From Candidatus Altimarinota bacterium (GTDB lineage Bacteria > Patescibacteriota > Gracilibacteria > UBA1369): 32,000 bases of DNA. Of this stretch, positions 17,382-26,109 are shown one piece after another. Location: the NCBI GenBank assembly GCA_041659405.1, contig JBAZYK010000012.1, positions 1 through 32,000 on the forward strand. Reading direction: 5' to 3'. Every line of letters starts with the position of its first letter. Position 1 is the stretch's first letter. The position numbers and the translations under genes were made by a program. Under the pieces are notes generated by a model, which saw nothing but the letters and a program-made list of their open reading frames with translations, was not told the DNA's origin and searched no databases.

Positions 17382-17768
17382 ATGAATATTGCAGACCTAA
17401 AAAAAGCCTTCTTGAAAATCCCGGCCATCAAGCTGGTATATCTTTTTGGTTCGCAAGCTACAGGCAAAGCAGGACCATTAAGCGACCATGATTTTGCTTT
17501 TTATCTTGAAGAAAAAAATCCCAAGAAAAGATTTGAGCTAAGACTAAAACTTTATGGGATTTTAAGTTCCCATCTTAAAACAGACAATATTGATGTTGTG
17601 ATTCTTAACGATACCGATGGACCCGAACTTAAATATGCAATTATTACAGAAGGTAAACTTATTTATAGCAAAGAACCTTACAATATTATGGTTGAACCAC
17701 GAATTCTTAACGAATATTTTGACTTCAGGGAAGGCCTTTTAAGAAATAAAATAATTAAAATCGCATGA
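17382..17768 (+). CDS. mntA: MNT-domain nucleotidyltransferase, MntA-like antitoxin
   Basis: Exact GSX10DXD motif (GSQATGKAGPLSDHD). Overlaps the downstream HEPN gene at ATGA. Confidence 0.85.
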   Translation: MNIADLKKAFLKIPAIKLVYLFGSQATGKAGPLSDHDFAFYLEEKNPKKRFELRLKLYGILSSHLKTDNIDVVILNDTDGPELKYAIITEGKLIYSKEPYNIMVEPRILNEYFDFREGLLRNKIIKIA

Positions 17769-18184
17769 CCGCAGCGACAACAATTCAAAATAAAATCAGT
17801 TACTTGAAGAAAATCCTTAAAATAATTAAGGGATTTAAAAAATATTCCCTGACAATAATTGAAGAGGATTTATTGGTAAAAGGAGCCGTAGAACGTTACC
17901 TCTATCTTCTCTGCCAGGCTTCAATCGATTTAGCTGAGGCCGTAATTACTTACAAGCATCTGCGCAAACCAACAACATACAAAGAAACTTTTGAAATTCT
18001 GTCCGAGGAAAATATTATTACACCTAAATTGCGGGAAAAACTTATCAGTATGGTCGGTTTTAGAAATATAGTTGCTCACGATTATGTAAAGATAGACTAC
18101 AAAATCGCCTATGAAATCATTCATGAAAAGCTAAAAGACATTGAAGATTTTATTAAAAAAATTGCCATAAAACTTAATGTTTAG
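17765..18184 (+). CDS. hepT: HEPN-domain (DUF86/HepT-like) toxin/RNase
   Basis: RX4HXY motif (RNIVAHDY) in a helical 139-aa protein, directly overlapping the MNT gene. Confidence 0.85.
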   Translation: MTAATTIQNKISYLKKILKIIKGFKKYSLTIIEEDLLVKGAVERYLYLLCQASIDLAEAVITYKHLRKPTTYKETFEILSEENIITPKLREKLISMVGFRNIVAHDYVKIDYKIAYEIIHEKLKDIEDFIKKIAIKLNV

Positions 18185-18235
18185 CCGGCCCCTGAAACGT
18201 AAAACACTTTACCCTGTTAAAATTAATTGATTCCC

Positions 18236-18282
18236 CACGCACGAAGTGCCTATTTCTACTGCTGGCGAAGCGAGCTCCATTT
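18236..18282. repeat. Copy 1 of a 47-nt intergenic repeat
   Basis: CACGCACGAAGTGCCTATTTCTACTGCTGGCGAAGCGAGCTCCATTT; 42/47 identical to 27516-27562. Confidence 0.8.
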
Positions 18283-19126
18283 AGATCAGCCCCAAAAAAT
18301 ACTCATGCAAGCGCGTGTCTCCGGTTAATTCCGGATGAAAAGTTGAAGCGAGTAGATTTCCTTGTTGCACCAATACGATTTTTCTTTCATGAGTCGCCAG
18401 AATTTGCGGCGCACTAGAGTTTTTTTCTAAATCTTTCGCGATTTTGAAAATTCTCCCCCGGGGGACAATTGGTTGTACACTCACAATAATTGGCGCGCGA
18501 ATAAAGGCGGCTTTTAAGCCATTAATTCCAATAGCTGGGATATCGAGCTCAGTATAAAAACTATCAATTTGGCGGCCATAGGCGTTGCGCTGAACCGTCA
18601 TATCCATCAAACCCAAATGCGGTGGAACAATTTCTGCCTGAATGTTTTTAGCTAAAACAATTGCACCGGCACAGGTTCCCCAAATCGGTAGATCACGATT
18701 GTAATCTTTGCGAGATTTGCCTGCGTCGAGCTGCTTTTGAGCTTCAGATCGCCCCTGCCCCGCCACCCGTTCCTTAATTGCCTTCATCAATCCCGTTTCC
18801 TCCAAAAAAAATCCGATAACCGTGCTTTCACCTCCGGGAATAATTAACGCATCCACCTGCGCCAAATCCGCCACAGTTCGGACTTCCAAAACCTCACATC
18901 CCAATTTTTTCAAAATGCGTTCATGCTCAATTACGTCGCCTTGAAAAGCCAAAATTCCAACACGGGAAAAGTTTTTTCCTCGCGAAGATGCCGAAGAGGT
19001 CGAAATTTGTGGGCTTGCTTTTGTGGATTTTTCTGTCGTATTCACGGCTTCGTTGACGAAGCCCTTAATTTTGGCTTGCTGTAAAGGAGGCTTTGTCTTG
19101 CACTCTAATTTATTGTAATTTAACAT
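18281..19126 (-). CDS. pdxT: Pyridoxal 5'-phosphate synthase glutaminase subunit PdxT
   Basis: VGILAFQGDVIEHERIL, PGGESTVIGFF, WGTCAGAIVLA (Cys) and TFHPEL (His-x-Glu). Immediately downstream of pdxS. The N-terminal extension may mean the start is further in. Confidence 0.95.
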   Translation of the reverse strand: MLNYNKLECKTKPPLQQAKIKGFVNEAVNTTEKSTKASPQISTSSASSRGKNFSRVGILAFQGDVIEHERILKKLGCEVLEVRTVADLAQVDALIIPGGESTVIGFFLEETGLMKAIKERVAGQGRSEAQKQLDAGKSRKDYNRDLPIWGTCAGAIVLAKNIQAEIVPPHLGLMDMTVQRNAYGRQIDSFYTELDIPAIGINGLKAAFIRAPIIVSVQPIVPRGRIFKIAKDLEKNSSAPQILATHERKIVLVQQGNLLASTFHPELTGDTRLHEYFLGLI

Positions 19127-19168
19127 TCCTCAAAATTCTTAAAATACTCTTACTCGTTCGCAAACGAG

Positions 19169-20086
19169 CTACAAATTTTTTCCACGGTCCTGCATTCTGG
19201 TTTCCACACTCCCTGCCTGAATGCCAAACATCGCTTCTCCAAGACCTTCACTGACTTTTGCCAACATGGCCGGATCTTGATAATGCATGGTTGCCAAAAC
19301 AATTGCTCTTGCCCTTTTTTCCGGATCTTTAGATTTGAAAATTCCTGATCCAACAAAAACTCCTTCTGCCCCAATTTGCATGAGTAGTGCCGCATCGGCC
19401 GGAGTCGCAAGTCCACCTGCTGCAAAATTCACCACCGGCAATTTTCCCAAATCGCGAACTTTTTTCACAAGTTCCACTGAAACACGTTGTTCACGTGCAT
19501 ATTTGGCAAGAGCCGCCGCTGACATTTTTTTCAAACCGGCAATTTCTCCCAAAATTAGGCGCATATGACGAACAGCTTCAATTACATCACCGGTCCCAGG
19601 TTCGCCTTTAGTGCGAATCATGGCAGCACCTTCAGCGATTCTACGCAATGCTTCTCCCAAATTGGTAGCTCCACAAACAAACGGTACCTTGAAATCCGAT
19701 TTTACAACATGGCGGTTATCTGCAGGAGTTAAAACTTCGCTTTCATCAATAAAATCAACTTCCAAAGCTTCCAAAATCTGGGCTTCCACAAAATGACCAA
19801 TGCGAACTTTTGCCATAACCGGAATAGAAACGGCCGCCTGGATTTCACGAATCAGTTTTGGATCGCTCATGCGGGCAACACCACCTTGTGCTCGAATATC
19901 CGCAGGCACACGCTCCAAAGCCATCACAGCAACGGCACCCGCTTTTTCGGCAATGCGCGCCTGGTCGGCATTAACTACGTCCATAATGACCCCACCTTTC
20001 AACATTTGGGCCAAATTTTCTTTGATTGAAAGCGTACCTTTTACATCTAGCTTACTGTTCTTGGATTTTGTGGATTGAGTTGGCAT
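19169..20086 (-). CDS. pdxS: Pyridoxal 5'-phosphate synthase lyase subunit PdxS
   Basis: [49 protein letters not shown]…EAVRHMR is highly characteristic. Confidence 0.98.
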   Translation of the reverse strand: MPTQSTKSKNSKLDVKGTLSIKENLAQMLKGGVIMDVVNADQARIAEKAGAVAVMALERVPADIRAQGGVARMSDPKLIREIQAAVSIPVMAKVRIGHFVEAQILEALEVDFIDESEVLTPADNRHVVKSDFKVPFVCGATNLGEALRRIAEGAAMIRTKGEPGTGDVIEAVRHMRLILGEIAGLKKMSAAALAKYAREQRVSVELVKKVRDLGKLPVVNFAAGGLATPADAALLMQIGAEGVFVGSGIFKSKDPEKRARAIVLATMHYQDPAMLAKVSEGLGEAMFGIQAGSVETRMQDRGKNL

Positions 20087-20160
20087 TTTTGCCTAAAGTT
20101 AAAGGATTTTTATCTGTTCACGGCGAAAAGAACTTTATCAATCTCAAAGCTGTTCGTCAA

Positions 20161-20967
20161 TTACTCTTTCGCAACCGGACCATTTCCTTTTTTCTTGAGC
20201 ATAAAGAGCAAAAGGGCTCCTGCAACTACCATGGCTAAAGACAGAATTTGTCCCTCGGTAAAATATTTCAAAATATAGCCGATTTGAACATCCGGCTCAC
20301 GCGTAAACTCAATCGCAAAACGAAAAATTCCATAAAAAATCAGAAAAATTCCGGTCACCACGCCGGTTCTTTTTGTCTTTTTGCTAACAAAATAAACAAT
20401 CATAAATAAAACCAAACCTTCAAAAAAAGATTCAAAAAGTTGAGATGGATAACGACAATTTCCCGGATCATTTGGAAAATGCAGACAAATTTTTTGGGCC
20501 AAGGCGGAACTACCGGCGATCCTGCCATAAAGTTCGCCATTGATAAAATTGCCAAGTCTTCCAAGTAAAAGCCCAATTGGCGCGATTGCAGTCACCGCGT
20601 CACTCATTCCTAAAAGTTTCACTTTATATTTTTTGCTCATAATCCAAAGGCCCAGGCACACGCCCAAAAGTCCACCATGAAAAGACATGCCACCTTCCCA
20701 AACCGCCAGAATTTTAAGCGGGTTTTGGAAATAATAAGGCAAATTATAAAAAAGAATATAGCCAAGTCTTCCACCCAAAAGTACTCCCAAAATTATCACA
20801 ATCAACATGTTGTCGATTTGCGTTTCACTTAAGTTCATTTTTTTAGCGATTTTGGAGTTGTGCAGCCAAAAATAGCCAATCAAAAAGCCAAGAGAATACA
20901 TCAATCCATACCAATGAACCGCCAGCGGCCCGATGTTAAACAGGATCGGATTAAAATACCAGGGCAT
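20161..20967 (-). CDS. lgt: Prolipoprotein diacylglyceryl transferase
   Basis: WYGLMYSLGF, GGRLGYILFYN, WEGGMSFHGGLLG and PIGLLLGRLGNFINGELYGR motifs. Confidence 0.97.
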   Translation of the reverse strand: MPWYFNPILFNIGPLAVHWYGLMYSLGFLIGYFWLHNSKIAKKMNLSETQIDNMLIVIILGVLLGGRLGYILFYNLPYYFQNPLKILAVWEGGMSFHGGLLGVCLGLWIMSKKYKVKLLGMSDAVTAIAPIGLLLGRLGNFINGELYGRIAGSSALAQKICLHFPNDPGNCRYPSQLFESFFEGLVLFMIVYFVSKKTKRTGVVTGIFLIFYGIFRFAIEFTREPDVQIGYILKYFTEGQILSLAMVVAGALLLFMLKKKGNGPVAKE

Positions 20968-21108
20968 ATAAATTAGTTAATGAGGATGCGTAATTCCTTG
21001 GGTATTGTACGGGAAAATTCACCAAAGCCAAACTGAAAAATGAATATAATTGAACATAGGTATATAATAAACAATGTTTTGCCTCGATCACTCACATAAC
21101 CAAAAAAA

Positions 21109-21714
21109 ATGATTTATCTGGAACTACTGGGGTTGGTTTTATTGGTCAATATTGCTCCCGCGTTTGTCCCTCCAACTTGGACTATTCTGGTTTATTTTAT
21201 TGTTAAACATAATCTTTATTTGCCCTTGGTTGTTGTTTGCGGCGTAGCTGCAGCCACTCTTGGACGATTCATTTTGTCCAAATATATTGGCATAATCAGC
21301 CATTCACTTTTTAATGAAGAACAAATTGAAAACATTGGCTATATTGGCAAACGTCTGGGCAAAACCAAAAAAGCGAATTTCTTTTTTACTTTTTTATATT
21401 CATTAACTCCGCTTTCTACTACGGCGCTTTTCGTGGCTGCAGGAATTGCGAAAATCAGAATGGATATGGTTTTATTGGGATTTTTCTTAGGAAGAGTTGT
21501 AAGTTACACCGTTTTAGCTACATCAGCCAGAGCTTTATCAAGTAATATGACTTCAGCTGATGGCGGCGGGTTGACCTGGGGGAGTATAGTGAAGATTTTA
21601 CTCGCGGCTATCGTATTTTTGTTTTTTATTTTTATTGATTGGAAGGCTTTATTGGAACACAAGAAAATCCGCATAAAATGGCACATCTGGCGCTGGAGCA
21701 AGAAAAAAGATTAA
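21109..21714 (+). CDS. DedA/VTT-like membrane protein, tentative
   Basis: Multi-pass 201-aa protein. GxxxGR-like GVAAATLGRFILSKYIG and a late GFFLGRVVSY segment resemble VTT proteins. Confidence 0.5.
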   Translation: MIYLELLGLVLLVNIAPAFVPPTWTILVYFIVKHNLYLPLVVVCGVAAATLGRFILSKYIGIISHSLFNEEQIENIGYIGKRLGKTKKANFFFTFLYSLTPLSTTALFVAAGIAKIRMDMVLLGFFLGRVVSYTVLATSARALSSNMTSADGGGLTWGSIVKILLAAIVFLFFIFIDWKALLEHKKIRIKWHIWRWSKKKD

Positions 21715-21741
21715 ACAAGGAATTTTGCCGCAAGTCGGGTC

Positions 21742-22401
21742 TTACAGAAAGTGAAAACTTCCTACGATCTGTTGAAAGTATGCGTTTGGATCAGGCCACA
21801 ACTCTCTTTTTAAGATCTCGAAAATTTCCTGATTTTTCATGATTATTGCCATTTCCGTATTGCTATAAACTGGCTTCCCGTCCTTTTCATCAACAGCTAC
21901 CGGGTCTTTTAAATAAAGCAGCGTCGTCCCATCCCGTTTTTCCGTTTTAAGAATTGTCATTGGTGGCAAAGTTCCTCTTTGTTTATTTTGCCTTTTAAGC
22001 CAATCGTAAACATCTTTTGCCGCAGTTTCATTTGCTGAAATATTGATTAGCCAAGGGCCATCGGTGCCTTTATTTGAAAAGCCTATAGTTTTAGGGCCAT
22101 CTTCCAATAAATCCAAATTATTCGGATACAGAAGACTATATTGTTTGCTACGATCGGTATAACTGTTCAATTTTGAATTATAATTTTTTGGAATGATAGT
22201 TTGATTTTCGGGAATTTGGGCTTCAGTCTGGGTTAAAACTTGAGTTTGAGAAGTTGGAACCAAAGCCGTAGTTGGAGTTGACGATGTATTATCTACCGCC
22301 GTTTTTTGTGGAGGTAAGTTTAGCAAAATAATCCAAATACCGGTCATTAAAACAAGCACTAAGGTGAAAACGAAATATTTATTTTTCATATATTGTTTCA
22401 T
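21742..22401 (-). CDS. Membrane-anchored extracytoplasmic protein, hypothetical (possibly PsbP-like fold)
   Basis: N-terminal TM (YFVFTLVLVLMTGIWIILL), Thr/Pro-rich linker, then a DRSKQYSLLYPNNLDLL… globular part. Confidence 0.55.
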   Translation of the reverse strand: MKQYMKNKYFVFTLVLVLMTGIWIILLNLPPQKTAVDNTSSTPTTALVPTSQTQVLTQTEAQIPENQTIIPKNYNSKLNSYTDRSKQYSLLYPNNLDLLEDGPKTIGFSNKGTDGPWLINISANETAAKDVYDWLKRQNKQRGTLPPMTILKTEKRDGTTLLYLKDPVAVDEKDGKPVYSNTEMAIIMKNQEIFEILKRELWPDPNAYFQQIVGSFHFL

Positions 22402-22470
22402 GGTTATTAAATAAAAATTATTTTTTTAGACGTGTAAGTTTTCGGCACAATTATATTCTTTTTAGGGAGT

Positions 22471-22495
22471 GGGGCGCCAGACTTGCTGGCGCCCC
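22471..22495 (-). other. Very strong GC hairpin downstream of the GC-rich lipoprotein gene
   Basis: GGGGCGCCAG-ACTTG-CTGGCGCCCC, a perfect 10-bp stem. No clear U-tract on either side. Confidence 0.6.
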
Positions 22496-22561
22496 GATTG
22501 GGAAGGATGTTCGGAGGGATCGCATCGGGTGATCAGGTTGCCCTGCCACGCCGATTGGTGA

Positions 22562-23194
22562 TCAACCGCCGGTGATCTGGTACACGGTGTACTTTTGTTG
22601 CCCATTGATCGTGACCATCTTGAGGAAGGCGGCGACCGTTTGGCAGTGTATGCGGACCGTCTTGTCGAGCTTGTAGTTGCTGTCGATCCAGCAGATGTTG
22701 CCGCCGATGTTGGACGACACGATGGCCGTGTGAGGGCCCGGGAGGTTCATCTGAACGACGTTCCCGGGTTGCGCGTTCCAGATGCTGCCCATGTTCTGGA
22801 CTTTGCTGCTGCCGCACCAGTACCAGCCGGTTTCGCCAGGGCAGGTCGCCGGGATCGTGATTGTCCCCTTCGAGGCATCGCTGACGACTTTGCGAGCCCA
22901 GTTCTTGCAGTTCAGGCCGACGTATTTGCCGTTGTCGGCCTTGGCCCGGTTCAGGATGGTGTTGTTCCTCGACCACTGGCCGAGGGCCTTCCACCACTGC
23001 GCCCACCACGTCAGGGCGTCCTCGTTTTCGCCGATTGACGAGTCGTCCTCCACATCGTCCTGCGCATCGTCCTGCGCGTTGGTCGTGTCCGAGCCGAGAA
23101 GCTCCTCTTCGGACGGCGCAATGCAGCCGAAGCTCACCACGCTGATGCCGAAGGCCAGAGCCACGATCAGACACAACTTCAGAAACGTTTTCAT
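22562..23194 (-). CDS. GC-rich lipoprotein with CHAP/NlpC-P60-like cysteine amidase-like domain
   Basis: Signal and lipobox MKTFLKLCLIVALAFGISVVSFGC. LNCKNWARKVV (candidate catalytic Cys) and GPHTAIVSS (candidate His). Preceded by GAAGG Shine-Dalgarno-like sequence before ATG at 23194. Confidence 0.7.
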   Translation of the reverse strand: MKTFLKLCLIVALAFGISVVSFGCIAPSEEELLGSDTTNAQDDAQDDVEDDSSIGENEDALTWWAQWWKALGQWSRNNTILNRAKADNGKYVGLNCKNWARKVVSDASKGTITIPATCPGETGWYWCGSSKVQNMGSIWNAQPGNVVQMNLPGPHTAIVSSNIGGNICWIDSNYKLDKTVRIHCQTVAAFLKMVTINGQQKYTVYQITGG

Positions 23195-23447
23195 ACCGTA
23201 CCTTCTTTCAATGATCAATCCAGTTGGGCTATTTGCCCACTATCATGGACCCCAATGTTCATGACGCCCCGACATTAGCAATCCAGTCATTAAATTTTTC
23301 TAAACTGAATCTGAAATAATCATGAAAGTTGAAACTACGCGTGAAAAAATTTGCCAAACTATTAAACCCCCGCAATTCACCGCAAGATGATTGACTTTTT
23401 AAGTTAAAAGCGCTTAAATACGCACTCAACCAACTCAAAAAAAACAC

Positions 23448-23744
23448 ATGCTCGGAGGAAATTTAGAGAATGAATCAGAAGTTACTCTACATGCCAAAAT
23501 ATTTACCGGCCCAAAAAAATGCAAGAAATGGGATGATGAAGTTTGGGGGGTAATTGACCAACTGCAGGCCTCTGGTCATGTAATTAACTATGAGGGTTTT
23601 GATGAAACGGGCGAAGTATTTTGTGTAACAGTGAAGATTTGTGAAGAGGTTAGGGCAATTTTGGCCAAAACCGATATCATTTTTTCGATCACTCCACAAT
23701 TCGGTCGTTTTCATGGTATTCCACCGCAAAATAAACAACTATAA
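23448..23744 (+). CDS. Hypothetical protein
   Basis: 98-aa ORF with no recognised motif. The ATG follows an AT-rich leader. Confidence 0.45.
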   Translation: MLGGNLENESEVTLHAKIFTGPKKCKKWDDEVWGVIDQLQASGHVINYEGFDETGEVFCVTVKICEEVRAILAKTDIIFSITPQFGRFHGIPPQNKQL

Positions 23745-23765
23745 AATCAAATATAATCCCGCTTT

Positions 23766-24011
23766 CTAGTGCTGATTTGTTGATTTCGGAGCGGTAACCG
23801 CAGGAGCATAAGGATCAAATTCCGGCTCTTTAAAATGATCGTAAACAACCGCAACGGCAACGCCAACAGCAATCGCTATCGTCGCATAAACCTGGTATCT
23901 TGTTCCGGCATTTTCCCAATTCCATTTAGAATTGGTTATATCTTTTGATTTTGGTCGTCCTACAGGTTCTCGAACGGCTTCTTCTCCAAGTTGTTCATTT
24001 CCCAAATCCAT
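23766..24011 (-). CDS. Small membrane protein, hypothetical
   Basis: 81 aa with a TM segment (YQVYATIAIAVGVAVAVVYDHF). Just downstream of the acyltransferase on the same strand. Confidence 0.5.
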   Translation of the reverse strand: MDLGNEQLGEEAVREPVGRPKSKDITNSKWNWENAGTRYQVYATIAIAVGVAVAVVYDHFKEPEFDPYAPAVTAPKSTNQH

Positions 24012-24077
24012 ATTAAAAAAAGTTAAGTAGGCCCAATCATAAGGATTTTATATTTTTAGTCAACTGCATCCGCCTGA

Positions 24078-25094
24078 TCATGCACTTTTCCGCCCACACC
24101 GCTCAATCAATTTCTTTTGCAAAATAGTTCGGGCAAGCCCGGAAATAGTCTTTTTATCATGACCATCTTCCAGATTTTCTTCAGGACTTAAGCCATCAGC
24201 ACGCACCATGGTGGCCGTACAATCACCATTCGTTCTAATAGTTCCAAGTGGATCTTTTTCCACGGCAACCGGCAGCACACTAAGCGTATCCAAAACCACC
24301 AGCACTTTTCCATAATCAAGTTTAGGGTGGCGCTTAGCCACTTTTTCTATGGCATTACTTAAATCCGCGCACCATTTTTGTCGATTTTCGGTATGTGCAA
24401 TTAGACCATTTTTACCGCGGGTTCCCTCAAAAAAGAACAAAACACTTTCGCAGTCCGCAAGCGTTTCAACAATTTCTATCGCAACTCTCATGATTTCACC
24501 GTCCCTGTCTTCTTTTAGATTTTTACGACTGACCAAAATCGGGTTCCTGCTGGCAATAGTTTGACCAATAACCGGCAGATTTACGTTGTCATCCTTCATG
24601 ACATACCTGAAGTTTTTCACACCCGCTTTTCGCAATAGTTCAGCCAACAAATTGGTTTCCAGCCCTCCACCTTGGTGATTTGCCAAGAAAAGATGTGGCT
24701 TCTTTGCAAATTCCTCGGGGGGTAATTCGGAATCCACAGCAACATTAACGCCCAAAAATTCCAGAGCTTTCAAAAAAAGCCCCTCAGCATCCATAATCGC
24801 GGCATTAATTTCCTGATAATTAGCTCCACGCATAACATTAGATTGAACCACCGCGCCAATCCAGCCCGCTACCAAGGCTATTTTAAAGGCTATATGGCCG
24901 CCCAATCGACTAACAACATCCTTCTTATCAAGTTCAGCATGAATGATTCGATAAAGCTCATCAATCGGCAAAGTTTGCAAATATTCCAGGTCTAAAAGAG
25001 CAGGATCCTGATCTAGCTCCGGAAGCGCTAAACTTAGAGCTGGTTCCGCAGGGACGCACTCTTCTTCCGTTGAATTTTTTAAATCGAGACCCAT
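24078..25094 (-). CDS. Divergent PlsC-like 1-acylglycerol-phosphate acyltransferase
   Basis: PHLFLANHQGGGLETNLLAELL and later FFEGTRGKNG resemble the NHX4D and FPEGTR motifs, but the first motif is non-canonical. Confidence 0.7.
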   Translation of the reverse strand: MGLDLKNSTEEECVPAEPALSLALPELDQDPALLDLEYLQTLPIDELYRIIHAELDKKDVVSRLGGHIAFKIALVAGWIGAVVQSNVMRGANYQEINAAIMDAEGLFLKALEFLGVNVAVDSELPPEEFAKKPHLFLANHQGGGLETNLLAELLRKAGVKNFRYVMKDDNVNLPVIGQTIASRNPILVSRKNLKEDRDGEIMRVAIEIVETLADCESVLFFFEGTRGKNGLIAHTENRQKWCADLSNAIEKVAKRHPKLDYGKVLVVLDTLSVLPVAVEKDPLGTIRTNGDCTATMVRADGLSPEENLEDGHDKKTISGLARTILQKKLIERCGRKSA

Positions 25095-25118
25095 TAACTA
25101 TAAAACTAAAAGGCCACA

Positions 25119-25146
25119 ATAATAAGCACTTGAGACAATTTGTCAA
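25119..25146 (-). promoter_or_regulatory. Sigma70-like promoter for the acyltransferase
   Basis: Minus strand TTGACA (25146-25141), 16-nt spacer, TATTAT (25124-25119), 25 nt upstream of the ATG at 25094. The -35 overlaps the near-palindrome GACAATTTGTC. Confidence 0.55.
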
Positions 25147-25179
25147 ACTTCTTAAACCAAGGCCTTAGATTTGATGGGA

Positions 25180-25443
25180 TTATGTGTTTTTTTTGATGGA
25201 TCTCCGACCTACCAACTTCAACTTTTCTTCCCGGGAAAGATGTTTTATCCGGTTTTCTTCTTTTGAAGCCAAAGAGCGATTGCGAAATTTTTTTGAATAA
25301 ACCAGCCTAACAGGCCTGCGCGCTTTTGTGTATTTTGCGCCAAGTTTGGACTGATTATGCTCCTGAATTCTGCGCTCCAAATCAACCGTAATGCCGGTAT
25401 ACAAAGTTTCATCGGCGCACTTAAGAATGTAGAGGTAATACAT
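25180..25443 (-). CDS. GIY-YIG nuclease domain protein (UPF0213-like)
   Basis: MYYLYILKCADETLYTGITVDLERRIQEHNQ…GAKYTKARRPVRLVY. Confidence 0.93.
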   Translation of the reverse strand: MYYLYILKCADETLYTGITVDLERRIQEHNQSKLGAKYTKARRPVRLVYSKKFRNRSLASKEENRIKHLSREEKLKLVGRRSIKKNT

Positions 25444-25520
25444 GATTTTGGATTTATCTATTTCTTTTATTTTAACATATCTCTAAAATAAGCCCCTAAC
25501 AAAGGTTTTTGGCAAAAAAT

Positions 25521-26042
25521 ATGGCATTATCTAAAGCTCCAGAAAAATATTTAGGATTACCGGCTGCCTTACCGGCGCCAGCGCAAGCACCAGCAGTTTC
25601 GCAGGCACCCGTAGCGACCATCAAGGCTGCTATTAGAGAAGAATTCATAAGATTTATGCTGGAAGGAATCGACGATTTTGTCCTGAATAAAAACAATGTA
25701 TTAGAGGTCGAATTTCCACCTCATATTGCCGGTAAAATAGATGAACGTACCGCCGGAATAATCAAAAGAATTGTAGATCTCCGACATTTAGTGGTTGTAG
25801 AACAAAGCGCTGGTAGGATGGTCTTACTAAAATACGCAACTTATATGCAATTAACTCAACACATTGATAGTTTCATTACAAACAGAGGATCCACAGCGGT
25901 AACATTAACTCTGGGCGATAATTCATGCTTAATCGACTGGCTTAGACAATTGAGCACAAACCTATCGTTATCAATGGTTGTAAATGGCCAAAACCCTCGC
26001 CAGATTCAAGTTATCCTAAGAAAGAAACCCGGAGTTAGGTAA
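25521..26042 (+). CDS. Hypothetical protein with Ala/Pro-rich N-terminus
   Basis: ATG at 25521 (track start at 25509 is TTG). PAALPAPAQAPAVSQAP linker followed by a folded-looking region. Confidence 0.6.
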   Translation: MALSKAPEKYLGLPAALPAPAQAPAVSQAPVATIKAAIREEFIRFMLEGIDDFVLNKNNVLEVEFPPHIAGKIDERTAGIIKRIVDLRHLVVVEQSAGRMVLLKYATYMQLTQHIDSFITNRGSTAVTLTLGDNSCLIDWLRQLSTNLSLSMVVNGQNPRQIQVILRKKPGVR

Positions 26043-26109
26043 TTGGTTTGACTCGGATTTGAGTTTGGATTATACGTGATTACGTTTTTACAAAAATTAA
26101 TTATATTTT

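Noticed and set aside
22533-23174. Arg/Gln-rich overlapping minus ORF and the plus ORFs 22595-23038 and 22782-23264
   Set aside because: Long open shadow frames are expected in a high-GC gene. The lipoprotein frame has a signal peptide, lipobox and SD.
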